64,000 bases of DNA from a virus. The stretch covers positions 10,017 through 74,016 of IMG/VR virus record IMGVR_UViG_3300010403_000003, one strand, 5' to 3'. Below the pieces are notes generated by a model. The model was not told the DNA's origin, did not search any database, and saw nothing but the letters and a program-made list of their open reading frames with translations. Made by a program: the position numbers and the translations under genes. Position 1 is the stretch's first letter. Each line of letters starts with the position of its first letter. Positions 1 to 8,427 of this stretch are shown here, one piece after another.

Positions 1-3000
1 CCGTAGCCTCGACCTGATTGTACACCTTGTCGGCGGCTTTTTTGGCGGAAGGGAAGGCGGTTGAATAATCAAAGGCTCCGTCCAGAAAATCAGTTATCAC
101 GGCTTCGATGGTCGTTTTGCCGCTACGAACGTCGTTTGCGACTTCGCGGAACCAGCTTTTATTTGGTTTGAATGGCTGATTTGCGCTTTCCTCCTTCGCC
201 GGCTCCCCAAACTCCTTCCCCAAGTCGAAATCGCCGATATCGTGATGCGTCGCCAATCCCGCCAGCGCCACCTTCGCCGCCATCGCCTTCCGTTGCGCCG
301 CCGGGTCCGCATCGTCCGCGTGCTTCGCGATCGCCTCTTCGAGTTTCGCCTTCGCGTCCTTGCCCCAAAGTTTCACGGCCTGCTCGGCGAGGTCTTTCGC
401 CTTCGGGTGGCTCGCGTGGCTGACGTCGATTGCCGTCGGGCCGGCGACGTGATGGCCGTCTTGGTAGTGTTGCTTGTGTCCGAGGCGGTCGGTGAGGACG
501 CCGGTGAAGCCGGATTCGAGGAGGAAGGCTTCGAAATCTTCACTCTCGACGACCGGCTCCGACTCATCCGCCATCACCGCCACCATGAACTCCTTGCCGA
601 GTCGCGCGATCTCTTCGGGCGTCAGCGTCGCCTCTTCGCTCTCCATGGCCGGCGTTCCTTTGCCCTTGAACCATCGCACCAGTTCCGCGACCGCGACAAT
701 GGGCGCAGGCCCGATGATCGTCCCCCCAGGCAAGGGAAATGCCGCAATCCCAGCGCCAATAATCGCCAACGCCGTCGGCCGGCCATAGCGCGCCTCGAGG
801 CGATCATAATGCCCTTTCACTTTCACCTTGGCCGCTTGCATCACCTTCGCGGGAATCTTGCTGGCATAGCTGGCCCAGGTTTCGACGTGCTTGTCTGGAG
901 ATGCCGGTGCGTCTTTCGGAGCGGCTACTTGCTTGCCGTTTTGCCAGTGGTGGCCATGGGCGTCTATGCCGGTGAAATTTTCGAGGACGTCGCGCGATTC
1001 CCTTAACGGCCCCTTAAGCTTCAAAATCATATTGAAATTGTCGTCGCCTCTTTTAATGCCATGATCGAGCATGGCTTGCAAGCGAGCGTTCTCTGCTTCT
1101 CGCCCTTTTCTTCCTAGTCGTGGGCGCTCATTCACCTGTTGCATCTCGATTTCGCCGCGATCCCACATCCCCTGCAATTGCTTGTGAAATTCGGGGAGAG
1201 TCAGCGGTGCATCGCCCGCTTTTTGCCGGTCATGATTTACTTGCGCGAAAGCCCGATGGATATCGATTAAGCCGTCTTGGAATTGCGGCATCCTTTTAAG
1301 CAAGTCCAAAGACTGATGAATCTGCTCATCGGCCGGCTTTCCGCTTCCAGATTTCTGCGTGGCATTGGCGGCAGGCGCAGCCGCTTGAGCCGTGTCGCCT
1401 TTTTCAAGCTCCATCTCGATACGGCCAAGGACTGTCGTGTAATCCATGTATTTACGTTTAGCTTCCTCGATCTTAGCCTTCGCCTTGTCTCCGTATTTCT
1501 GTATCAGTTGATCCGCATAGCCGCGTATTTTGTCTGGCGACGTTGCGTCCTTTGCCGCATCGCGCTGAACACCCGGCTTGTTAAGGTCGTCTCGCGCGAC
1601 CTGCTTACCGTCGGACCATTTGTGCCCGTGGGAATCAATTCCGGTGAAACCAGCCTCCATCAGTTCCAACGATTCGAGACTGGCGAGCATCCCAGCCAAC
1701 GGATCGCCGCCGCTCGGCTGTGGCCCACCCGATGGCCCCCCTCCTCCACCACCAAACGGATCGCCCCCATCCCCCGGCATCGGCAGCGCCCCGCCCTGTT
1801 GCCCAAACTTCGCGTCAAACTCCTCGTTGTTCGCCGCCTCATGGTCCGGGTCCAATCCCCGCTCGCCCTGCGCCGTCTTGACGCTTTTAATCTTCGTACC
1901 GATGAGAATCTGATCTTCCTGCGCCGTTTGCAGCGGATCGCGAACGCTGATCGTGGGGGCCGTCACTTGCAACTCGACGACGTCGAGTGTGTTTTCGGCA
2001 AGCAGGCCGCACTTCATGCCCCACTTGATGGCGCGGAGGACGATGATCATGAAAGCGGTCTTGAAATGGCCTTGCGTGACTTCGGACGCGATAACGAAGG
2101 GCGCGCCAGCTTCTTTTGAGGAGCTGTAATTTGCGTTCGAGGCATCGCCCGTCATGTACTCGGGCGCAGCGAACACGGCTCCGCATTGCCGCAGATCGCC
2201 CTGCAAAACCTCCAAGTGCTCGCTCGCTCCCACCGCTTGCGGCCACACCGGCTTTTGCCCCATCGGAATCCGCCGCGTCGATCCCGGCCGCGTGCGTTCC
2301 TGCGTCTCGGTTTTCCCGCTGACCGGGTTCGTGAATTGCCGCTCGGATAAGCGCGTGGCCAGCGATTGCACCTGGGCCTCGCTCGCCACCTCATGCTGCC
2401 AGATTTCAGCCGTCGCCGCGCGGACGCCGCTCGACGTGCTCACGTTCCGCATAAGCTTGGACGCCCGCTCCAATGAATCGACCATGTCGAGCGAGAACGC
2501 CGGCAGGCCCCGCTTCGTCGCCGCGTCCTCTTCGAGATTCTTGAGATGCACAATCTCCGACGCCGGCACATATTCGCCCTCTTGCCCGTCGTTGCGGGTG
2601 CCCTTGTACTTGACGTAGTATTCCTTGATGTCCTCTTCGTCTTCGAAAGGTTCCGTCTGGTGGCGCATGCCGTAAGACCAGCCCGTGCCGTCCCCGGATT
2701 GCGGCGGGTCCGTCACCTGCTCCGGTTCCACGAACCGCACAAAAGTCATGCCCCGAAGTTCACTTTCCTCGTCCTCCACGAAGAAAAGCCGAAAGATCGT
2801 CTCGCCATCGCGCCACACGCGGCGGCCCGATTCCCACTCGCGCGATGAACTAACAATCGACGCATCGGGGTCCGGGTTGACGCTCGCAGTGAAGCGATTC
2901 GTCATCAGGAATTTGTCAACGAATGCCTGGGTTTGCTTGACGATTTGTGTGTCTTGCGGGTTCGCCTGGACGCCGGGCGACTCGGGGGCGGCGTCCCGGT

Positions 3001-3415
3001 TTTCTTTCGGTTGGATTTCGTACGTGAAGCCTTTGCCGATGTTGTGCGTTAATAGGTTGAAGAGAAGGCTTCGCGCATAGGAATTCTTGCGGGATATGAT
3101 GCGCGAGCGTTGGCGATACTGGCCCAACTCAAATTCGTTCCGCCAAATCGGATAATTGTCCCCGCGCTTGCGATCGCTGACGACCGAAACGGGCAGCCAA
3201 TATCCGGAACCCGCATTGCCGTAGCGCTCTTGGAAGAGGTCGAATAGCGCGTCCGAGCCGCCGAACCCGTCGTACATTTGCGCCCACATGACGGATTCGA
3301 CGAGTCGCCGCGCCCGCTCTTGGCTCTCCAAAAGCGACTGTTCTTGCGGCGGTTTTTGCTCGCCGTTTGGGGGTTTTCCGTTGGCCGGCTCGGGAGTGGC
3401 GGTGTCGGTTGGCAT
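1..3415 (-). CDS. Lambda-type portal protein fused to a long C-terminal modular extension (at least 1138 aa, 3' end outside window)
   Basis: Hand-checked open frame from ATG 3415 to base 2 with no stop; portal-like motifs RDGE, KRGLP, MTGDASNANYSS; lies just downstream of TerL. Confidence 0.88.
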   Translation of the reverse strand, partial: MPTDTATPEPANGKPPNGEQKPPQEQSLLESQERARRLVESVMWAQMYDGFGGSDALFDLFQERYGNAGSGYWLPVSVVSDRKRGDNYPIWRNEFELGQYRQRSRIISRKNSYARSLLFNLLTHNIGKGFTYEIQPKENRDAAPESPGVQANPQDTQIVKQTQAFVDKFLMTNRFTASVNPDPDASIVSSSREWESGRRVWRDGETIFRLFFVEDEESELRGMTFVRFVEPEQVTDPPQSGDGTGWSYGMRHQTEPFEDEEDIKEYYVKYKGTRNDGQEGEYVPASEIVHLKNLEEDAATKRGLPAFSLDMVDSLERASKLMRNVSTSSGVRAATAEIWQHEVASEAQVQSLATRLSERQFTNPVSGKTETQERTRPGSTRRIPMGQKPVWPQAVGASEHLEVLQGDLRQCGAVFAAPEYMTGDASNANYSSSKEAGAPFVIASEVTQGHFKTAFMIIVLRAIKWGMKCGLLAENTLDVVELQVTAPTISVRDPLQTAQEDQILIGTKIKSVKTAQGERGLDPDHEAANNEEFDAKFGQQGGALPMPGDGGDPFGGGGGGPSGGPQPSGGDPLAGMLASLESLELMEAGFTGIDSHGHKWSDGKQVARDDLNKPGVQRDAAKDATSPDKIRGYADQLIQKYGDKAKAKIEEAKRKYMDYTTVLGRIEMELEKGDTAQAAAPAANATQKSGSGKPADEQIHQSLDLLKRMPQFQDGLIDIHRAFAQVNHDRQKAGDAPLTLPEFHKQLQGMWDRGEIEMQQVNERPRLGRKGREAENARLQAMLDHGIKRGDDNFNMILKLKGPLRESRDVLENFTGIDAHGHHWQNGKQVAAPKDAPASPDKHVETWASYASKIPAKVMQAAKVKVKGHYDRLEARYGRPTALAIIGAGIAAFPLPGGTIIGPAPIVAVAELVRWFKGKGTPAMESEEATLTPEEIARLGKEFMVAVMADESEPVVESEDFEAFLLESGFTGVLTDRLGHKQHYQDGHHVAGPTAIDVSHASHPKAKDLAEQAVKLWGKDAKAKLEEAIAKHADDADPAAQRKAMAAKVALAGLATHHDIGDFDLGKEFGEPAKEESANQPFKPNKSWFREVANDVRSGKTTIEAVITDFLDGAFDYSTAFPSAKKAADKVYNQVEAT
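446..1657 (-). repeat. Three copies of a peptide motif E-x-(G)FTG..D..GH....G..V in the portal extension (1598-1657, 926-982, 446-517)
   Basis: EAGFTGIDSHGHKWSDGKQV / ENFTGIDAHGHHWQNGKQV / ESGFTGVLTDRLGHKQHYQDGHHV. Confidence 0.85.
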
Positions 3416-3520
3416 ATTTGGAAGATATGCCAGAATGGGTTGTTCTCTCAATTTGCTGGACTACTCATCGCGGGAACCATAACTGGCCAATCATTCGGCT
3501 TGGCTTCGGCAATTCCCAAC

Positions 3521-3715
3521 TTAACCATGAGATCGGCGTAAAACGTCGCGTAAATGTCCGCCTCGCATGGATGATCGATCCTGATTCGACTCGCCGACGC
3601 CGACAAGTCGCCTTCCGTTTTGAAACGGGTAAAAATACCGGCTCGCCGATATGCTTGTGCTCGTTGGATAGCGAACAAACTCTATCCCATTAAAAAAGAC
3701 GACATCTTTTTCCAT
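3521..3715 (-). CDS. Small hypothetical protein, possibly an endonuclease N-terminal remnant; probably leaderless
   Basis: MEKDVVFFNGIEFVRYP...; ATG begins 6 nt after a TATAAT box. Confidence 0.45.
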   Translation of the reverse strand: MEKDVVFFNGIEFVRYPTSTSISASRYFYPFQNGRRLVGVGESNQDRSSMRGGHLRDVLRRSHG

Positions 3716-3721
3716 GGTGGT

Positions 3722-3749
3722 ATTATACACGCTAACATTACTGCGTCAA
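3722..3749 (-). promoter_or_regulatory. Sigma70-type promoter TTGACG-N16-TATAAT
   Basis: -35 at 3749-3744, -10 at 3727-3722. Confidence 0.65.
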
Positions 3750-5024
3750 CTCTTGGCTAGGTAGAAGTGATGCGAGGACGACGGCGTCGGCCTTATCGGG
3801 CGACCGATTGTTCGGCAGCCGCTTCTTGATATCGTCCTTCTTCTCAATGATAACGAGGCCCCCAGGCGATTTCCACGTCGGCGCACAAAGCTCTTGCAAA
3901 AGCTCTCGGTCGGGCGGCAACGCCACTTCGAAGCCGTTCGCAGGGTCAAGCAATTCTCTAAAGGACCAATAAGCAAACGCTCTTACGTTGCGAAAACTCA
4001 AGATGCCGGTGCGGTCCCGCGCCTTCGTCCGAACACCGAAGTCGATCCCAAAGGCATTCATGCCCGCCTGCCCGCAAGCCTCGGCGGCCGGCGCACCGTA
4101 ACCGATGCAATCCACGAGCACCATCGCCCCCGGCCACACTCGCAACGCTTCCTTGATCTTGAGCGCCGCCATGGCCCCGCTCGGCGTCTGGCTCCCTTCG
4201 TAGCAAATTAACTCCCCGAACCAGTGCCGATGACGCGGGGCGAGAATAGTGCGATCGGCCCCACCGTGCGCGATGTCGCAGCCGAGCGCGTCCATCGGTT
4301 CGCCGCGGTGCCCGTCCGGCGTCCAGCGCTCTTGGGCAATGCGGACCCACGATTCGGGGATGACTTGGGAGCTGTCGTCCTCGGCAACGAACTCGCCACC
4401 GAGTTCCTGACGGGCGAAGTTGCCGGTGTAGACCTTGGCGAGATTCGAAGCGAAATCTTGATGGACGAACGGGTTATCGGATGTCTTGGCGTGGAAGATT
4501 TCTGTGTTGGGTTGCTGTGTGCCGAAGGCGTCGTATGTCCAGTGGGCTAACCCTTTTGGGGTCATTGTCGCTGTCAAGAATCCCAACTCGCCTTTCTCAC
4601 GGAGCGAACCGAGTACGATCTCATAGGCTGCCTGGTCCATCAGCGAAGCTTCGTCGAGCCATGCGCCGGAGAGATTTGGTCCGCGAAGCGTCTCCGGGTT
4701 TTCCGTCGAGCGAAAGCGAATCACCTGCCCCTCGGTGAGCGTCACGTTAGGATGCGGCGTCATCCGTGCCGACCGCCATACGCCAATCTCTTGAGCAAGA
4801 GTGCGGAACGTCGGCAGCGTCGTATCTTCGAGAATGGTATAGGTAGGCGAACAGACGATATAGGTGCGGCCGGGGCGGGCGCGAATAATCAAATCGTAAG
4901 CACCGACCCACGACTTGCCAGAACCGCGACCAGCGACGAAACCGCGCCGCAATGCCTTACTCTGCCGGAATCTCGCTTGCTCCCGGTAGAGTTTGATCCG
5001 CAGCGTCACCCTGTCCTGGCTCAA
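3738..5024 (-). CDS. terL: Terminase large subunit
   Basis: Walker A AGRGSGKS, Walker B AWLDEA, nuclease motifs GCDIAHGGAD and SPDKADA. Confidence 0.95.
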   Translation of the reverse strand: MSQDRVTLRIKLYREQARFRQSKALRRGFVAGRGSGKSWVGAYDLIIRARPGRTYIVCSPTYTILEDTTLPTFRTLAQEIGVWRSARMTPHPNVTLTEGQVIRFRSTENPETLRGPNLSGAWLDEASLMDQAAYEIVLGSLREKGELGFLTATMTPKGLAHWTYDAFGTQQPNTEIFHAKTSDNPFVHQDFASNLAKVYTGNFARQELGGEFVAEDDSSQVIPESWVRIAQERWTPDGHRGEPMDALGCDIAHGGADRTILAPRHRHWFGELICYEGSQTPSGAMAALKIKEALRVWPGAMVLVDCIGYGAPAAEACGQAGMNAFGIDFGVRTKARDRTGILSFRNVRAFAYWSFRELLDPANGFEVALPPDRELLQELCAPTWKSPGGLVIIEKKDDIKKRLPNNRSPDKADAVVLASLLPSQELTQ

Positions 5025-5352
5025 CGACTTCCTCGATGATGGTCAGTTTCTTCGCTTCGTTGATGTCGAGTTCTTGTTTCTCGAAATACCCCCGGTCCTT
5101 GCCGAGTGTCATGAGCGTCCGGTTGATGGCCCACGGTTCGTTCCTCTTCACGGCCGCGATCAGCCGCAACTCGGCCTCATCGACGAACTCGCCGCGCTGC
5201 ATCTTTATTTCGGCTGCGACCTTCGGGCAAGACTTGGCCCTTAATGAAATCGTTTCATGGTTGCAGCCGAGATGTCGCGCCGCGAGGTAAACCATTCCCT
5301 TCGTGTGCTTTAGGGCGGCGAGTATTTCCTCGTTGGTGTAACGGCGCGCCAT
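4957..5352 (-). CDS. terS: Terminase small subunit (N-terminal HTH)
   Basis: Directly upstream of and overlapping terL; HTH-like VYLAARHLGCNHETI. Confidence 0.75.
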   Translation of the reverse strand: MARRYTNEEILAALKHTKGMVYLAARHLGCNHETISLRAKSCPKVAAEIKMQRGEFVDEAELRLIAAVKRNEPWAINRTLMTLGKDRGYFEKQELDINEAKKLTIIEEVVEPGQGDAADQTLPGASEIPAE

Positions 5353-5398
5353 GGCTTCATAGTAGCGGAAGTAGCGGGATAGGGATAGTAATGATTAA

Positions 5399-6259
5399 CT
5401 ATTCGCTAGGCGATTCTTCAACATCACCCATTTCGACAGGCCCGCACGCCGCCGTCGCTTTCTTGGGGTCGCCCTTGACGAACACAAGCACGTTTTGATG
5501 CGTCTTGCCAAGCTTCCGCCCGCTCTCGAATTGCCGCCCTACGCGAATCGGCAGGGAGCCAACGGACGTAATGAGGACAGCGTCATTGTACAGTTTAGCC
5601 CCGGCATCTTGAAACGCCGCTATCGTGTCGCTGATGAAATTTCGGTACATGCCTTTCTTGTCGCGAACATCGCCGACGACGAAGCACGCGAAGCGGTCCT
5701 CGGCCAGCATGGCGACGCTCGCGGCGACGATTTCCCGGTAAGCGGCAAGGAACGCCGCGTAATCGAGCGTTGAAAGGTCCGCCGGGTCGTCGCTGTAAAC
5801 CTCAAGATCGGCGTAGGGCGGGCATGAGAAAACGAGGTCGTATTGGCCGGGTGCGAGCGTCGCAACGTTGCGGCTGTCGCCCACGATCCATCGCGGCGGG
5901 TTCTCGGGCGTGATCGTGGCCGCTTGCTGCTCGTTCGCGGCGATTTGCTCCGGGCGCAGATCGATCCCGGTGTATTTCCGCCCCAGCTTGGCGGCCACGA
6001 TGCCGCGCACGGAGCCACCGGCGAATGGGTCGAGGACAGCGCCACCGGGCGGGCAGAACCATCGATAGGCTAACTCACAGAGAACGGGGTCGAAGATTGA
6101 TGTGCCTGATTGCTCAGCGCACATGCCCCCCCCCCCCGATATCTCCACTGGCGATTTTGTCGTTGACCCACTCTCGAGTGTTGATGTTGAGGCTTCTTGG
6201 CACTTTGCCCCCCCCCTGTTTGAAGTTTGCGGCCAAATCACCAGGAGCTCCGCTGCCAA
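5399..6259 (-). CDS. DNA amino-methyltransferase-like catalytic domain (C-terminal part of a split ParB-MTase; true start uncertain)
   Basis: GTSIFDPVLCE, SAM-binding VLDPFAGGS, motif IV-like SCPPY. Confidence 0.88.
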   Translation of the reverse strand: MAAELLVIWPQTSNRGGAKCQEASTSTLESGSTTKSPVEISGGGGMCAEQSGTSIFDPVLCELAYRWFCPPGGAVLDPFAGGSVRGIVAAKLGRKYTGIDLRPEQIAANEQQAATITPENPPRWIVGDSRNVATLAPGQYDLVFSCPPYADLEVYSDDPADLSTLDYAAFLAAYREIVAASVAMLAEDRFACFVVGDVRDKKGMYRNFISDTIAAFQDAGAKLYNDAVLITSVGSLPIRVGRQFESGRKLGKTHQNVLVFVKGDPKKATAACGPVEMGDVEESPSE

Positions 6260-6281
6260 ACGTCCGCGCGTTTTTTCCCAT
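6114..6281 (-). CDS. 55-aa ATG-initiated leader ORF that would join the MTase frame if the G12 tract lost one G
   Basis: MGKNARTFGSGAPGDLAANFKQGGGKVPRSLNINTREWVNDKIASGDIGGGGHVR*; G9 at 6208-6216, G12 at 6126-6137. Confidence 0.6.
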   Translation of the reverse strand: MGKNARTFGSGAPGDLAANFKQGGGKVPRSLNINTREWVNDKIASGDIGGGGHVR

Positions 6282-6287
6282 CTGGAG

Positions 6288-6315
6288 TTGCCCGCTTACG
6301 TCTAGGTGCTAAACT
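6288..6315 (+). promoter_or_regulatory. Promoter TTGCCC-N16-TAAACT with extended -10 TG
   Basis: Just upstream of ATG 6325. Confidence 0.45.
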
Positions 6316-6324
6316 CTGGTCACC

Positions 6325-6531
6325 ATGAAACCGCACGAACGCCGCCAATGTGACGCCTATCCCTATTTTAAGCTGGCCGCCTGGGATGCCCGCTCATTTA
6401 CGTTTCGCGATGGCAAGCAAGCCCACCCTAGCGAGTCCGCTGCCAAGCAAGAGGCCCGAAAGCCCGGCAAGTATCGCGTGAGCGTCGTCACCGCCGCAGG
6501 GCGAACTGATCTTGAGCCGTTCGCCATTTGA
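6325..6531 (+). CDS. Hypothetical protein, counter-oriented insertion
   Basis: Protein-like 68-aa ORF with own promoter; stop abuts the PLP gene stop. Confidence 0.6.
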   Translation: MKPHERRQCDAYPYFKLAAWDARSFTFRDGKQAHPSESAAKQEARKPGKYRVSVVTAAGRTDLEPFAI

Positions 6532-6532
6532 A

Positions 6533-7213
6533 TCACTTCGCGACATTCCAGAACAGTGCCCCCGGCGATGCGTACTGGCGAATAAACCGCCACGCTTTCG
6601 CGTCATAATTCGCGCACGACGGAAATGGCGGCGGATGCTTTGCTGGGTCGTCAAACTTTTCTGGTGCGTTCCAGATTGCCGCCCGCCCAACATTCGGCAT
6701 CGCTCCGATTCGCACGGCATGAAAGCGGGCATTCGGCCACGCTTTTTGCAAGCTGAGCGAGAGCGTTCCGCTACCCGCGACAGTCCAAACCTCGGCCGGC
6801 TCTTCGATTTGCTGCGCGAGCTCCGCGATTGCCAAGCGGATCGCCGGCGTATCCAAGCCGAACGGCAGCAACTTCGCCCCGCTGACGCTACAATAATCCG
6901 CCGCACGCTTGCGGACGACGCTCATATAGCCGGCTGGCCCCACTTCGATGATTTTCGCGCCGGCCGCGATAGCTTCAAGCGTTCGCGGGTGCTTTGCCTT
7001 GCGTGCGGCACAAAAGATCGTTGCACGCTTGCCATAATCGCGGGCGCAATAAGCGAGGGCGACTTGGGCATAGCCTTGAACCGGCGAGGCATACACATAT
7101 TCGGAATGCGAATCAAAGAGAATTGGAACGACGCGGGCCTTCGTGCCGCCCTCTACAACGTCGTCGCGAACTACGCGGATGCCGGCGATGTCGTCAATCC
7201 TGACCGGCAGCAT
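6533..7213 (-). CDS. PLP-dependent enzyme, fold type II (ACC deaminase / D-cysteine desulfhydrase-like)
   Basis: VVRDD..GGTKAR (PLP lysine), VAGSGT phosphate loop, YDAKAW. Confidence 0.8.
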   Translation of the reverse strand: MLPVRIDDIAGIRVVRDDVVEGGTKARVVPILFDSHSEYVYASPVQGYAQVALAYCARDYGKRATIFCAARKAKHPRTLEAIAAGAKIIEVGPAGYMSVVRKRAADYCSVSGAKLLPFGLDTPAIRLAIAELAQQIEEPAEVWTVAGSGTLSLSLQKAWPNARFHAVRIGAMPNVGRAAIWNAPEKFDDPAKHPPPFPSCANYDAKAWRFIRQYASPGALFWNVAK

Positions 7214-8045
7214 TCAGCGGCCTACCTTTCCCGTCCCCGCGAACCGTTCGGCCGTCTTTGCCGAGTTTCATTGCCGGCCTTGCGCTGCCCCCTGGGCATA
7301 CGCGGCCTTGCGCTGCATCGGGTCGTTGTGCATCGCCATCTTTACCGTCTCTCTCTCTCTGAATATCCGCCAGCGTGCCCGATTGTTCCGCCTTGTCGCT
7401 TGATTGTGGCGGCATCGCTGTAATCGTGGACGCCCCCCCCCGTCCTATTTCGCTTTGAATGCCCAAAGACAGCCACGCCCGCTTGCGATCCTGCCAATAG
7501 CCTTGGCGGGCGTCGAGCACGCTGAAAGGCGGCACAAGAAAGCGGTCAGCCAAAGTCTTTGCGGCCTCAGATGGGTCCATGCCGCCCCCGCCCTCTTGGC
7601 TTGCAAGGATTCCACTGTCCGCTGCCAATCCCGCCAGCATCGCGTTCAAGGCTTCATTGTCCGTCTGGAAGCTATCGAGCAGCGCTTTAAGCTTTTCAGC
7701 ATCGGCGGTAGCAAGGGCTGCGAGCGGATCGACGGAGGCCAACATCAACTTCGCCTCCTCATCGTTCAAATCGAGCACTTCGACGGTGACCTCCATATCT
7801 GGCGTCATCTCCTGCCGCAAATGCCCATCGACAAGCTTCAGCCGCCCATCGGGCAGTTCGTAAGCCAACAGCGACCTGGCAAAGCCGATCTCGTCGTAAA
7901 GCCCTTGGAGTGCGGCTCGTTGCTCGTCGGGATGGCGTCTGAAATTTTGCTCGTGCGGGACAAGATCGCCTGCCCGGATCGTGACGTGCCTCTTGATGCG
8001 GTTGCGAATTGCGGGTTCTGGTTTCGCGGCTTTCTTGCGTGCCAT
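7194..8045 (-). CDS. ParB/Srx-like domain plus the N-terminal segment of a phage methyltransferase
   Basis: LVPHEQNFRRH, LVDGHLR; FLVPPFSVLDARQGYWQDRKRAWLSLGIQSE. Confidence 0.85.
   Translation of the reverse strand: MARKKAAKPEPAIRNRIKRHVTIRAGDLVPHEQNFRRHPDEQRAALQGLYDEIGFARSLLAYELPDGRLKLVDGHLRQEMTPDMEVTVEVLDLNDEEAKLMLASVDPLAALATADAEKLKALLDSFQTDNEALNAMLAGLAADSGILASQEGGGGMDPSEAAKTLADRFLVPPFSVLDARQGYWQDRKRAWLSLGIQSEIGRGGASTITAMPPQSSDKAEQSGTLADIQRERDGKDGDAQRPDAAQGRVCPGGSARPAMKLGKDGRTVRGDGKGRPLNAAGQD
7275..7441 (-). repeat. Simple-sequence tracts: G9 (7433-7441), (AG)6 (7349-7360), G5 (7288-7292), and a 14-bp direct repeat (7275-7288 / 7303-7316)
   Basis: Read directly from the sequence. Confidence 0.9.
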
Positions 8046-8055
8046 AGCCTCAACT

Positions 8056-8427
8056 CTACCGCCCCGCGTCACCGGGTTCAAGTGGCGAGAGCGTTATGCG
8101 ATTCCACGCCTGGACTGCTTCGAGCTTGGTTAGCCGGTGCGGCCCCACAAGGCACGGCTTGGGTTCAGCGCATTGCACGAGCCAATGGCTCGAACCGTAT
8201 GACGAAAGATGCGATCGGCCTCCGCAAAACGGACAAGCTTGCGGCGTCGGCTCGGCGTTGGGGTCGGTGGCGGTGAAGCCGTAGCTAATATGCCAGACTT
8301 CGTTTTCACCAAGATCGTCTTCCAGCCAAAGGTGTTCGCCATGCTGGGCAATGACTTTCTTGGGTTTTCCGCTCGCGTGTCCATCGACCGTATGCCACAC
8401 CGTCTGCCCAGGCTTGAACTCGCTCAT
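8056..8427 (-). CDS. Protein with a C-terminal Lar-like (restriction alleviation) Zn finger
   Basis: CPFCGG...VQC....C....EAVQAWNR. Confidence 0.6.
   Translation of the reverse strand: MSEFKPGQTVWHTVDGHASGKPKKVIAQHGEHLWLEDDLGENEVWHISYGFTATDPNAEPTPQACPFCGGRSHLSSYGSSHWLVQCAEPKPCLVGPHRLTKLEAVQAWNRITLSPLEPGDAGR

Noticed and set aside
242-2119. Long plus-strand ORFs (242-1006, 1277-2119) and similar ones elsewhere (6512-7423, 7404-8276, 39759-40979, minus-strand 26276-27367)
   Set aside because: Antisense shadows of real genes in GC-rich DNA; Arg-rich and motif-free
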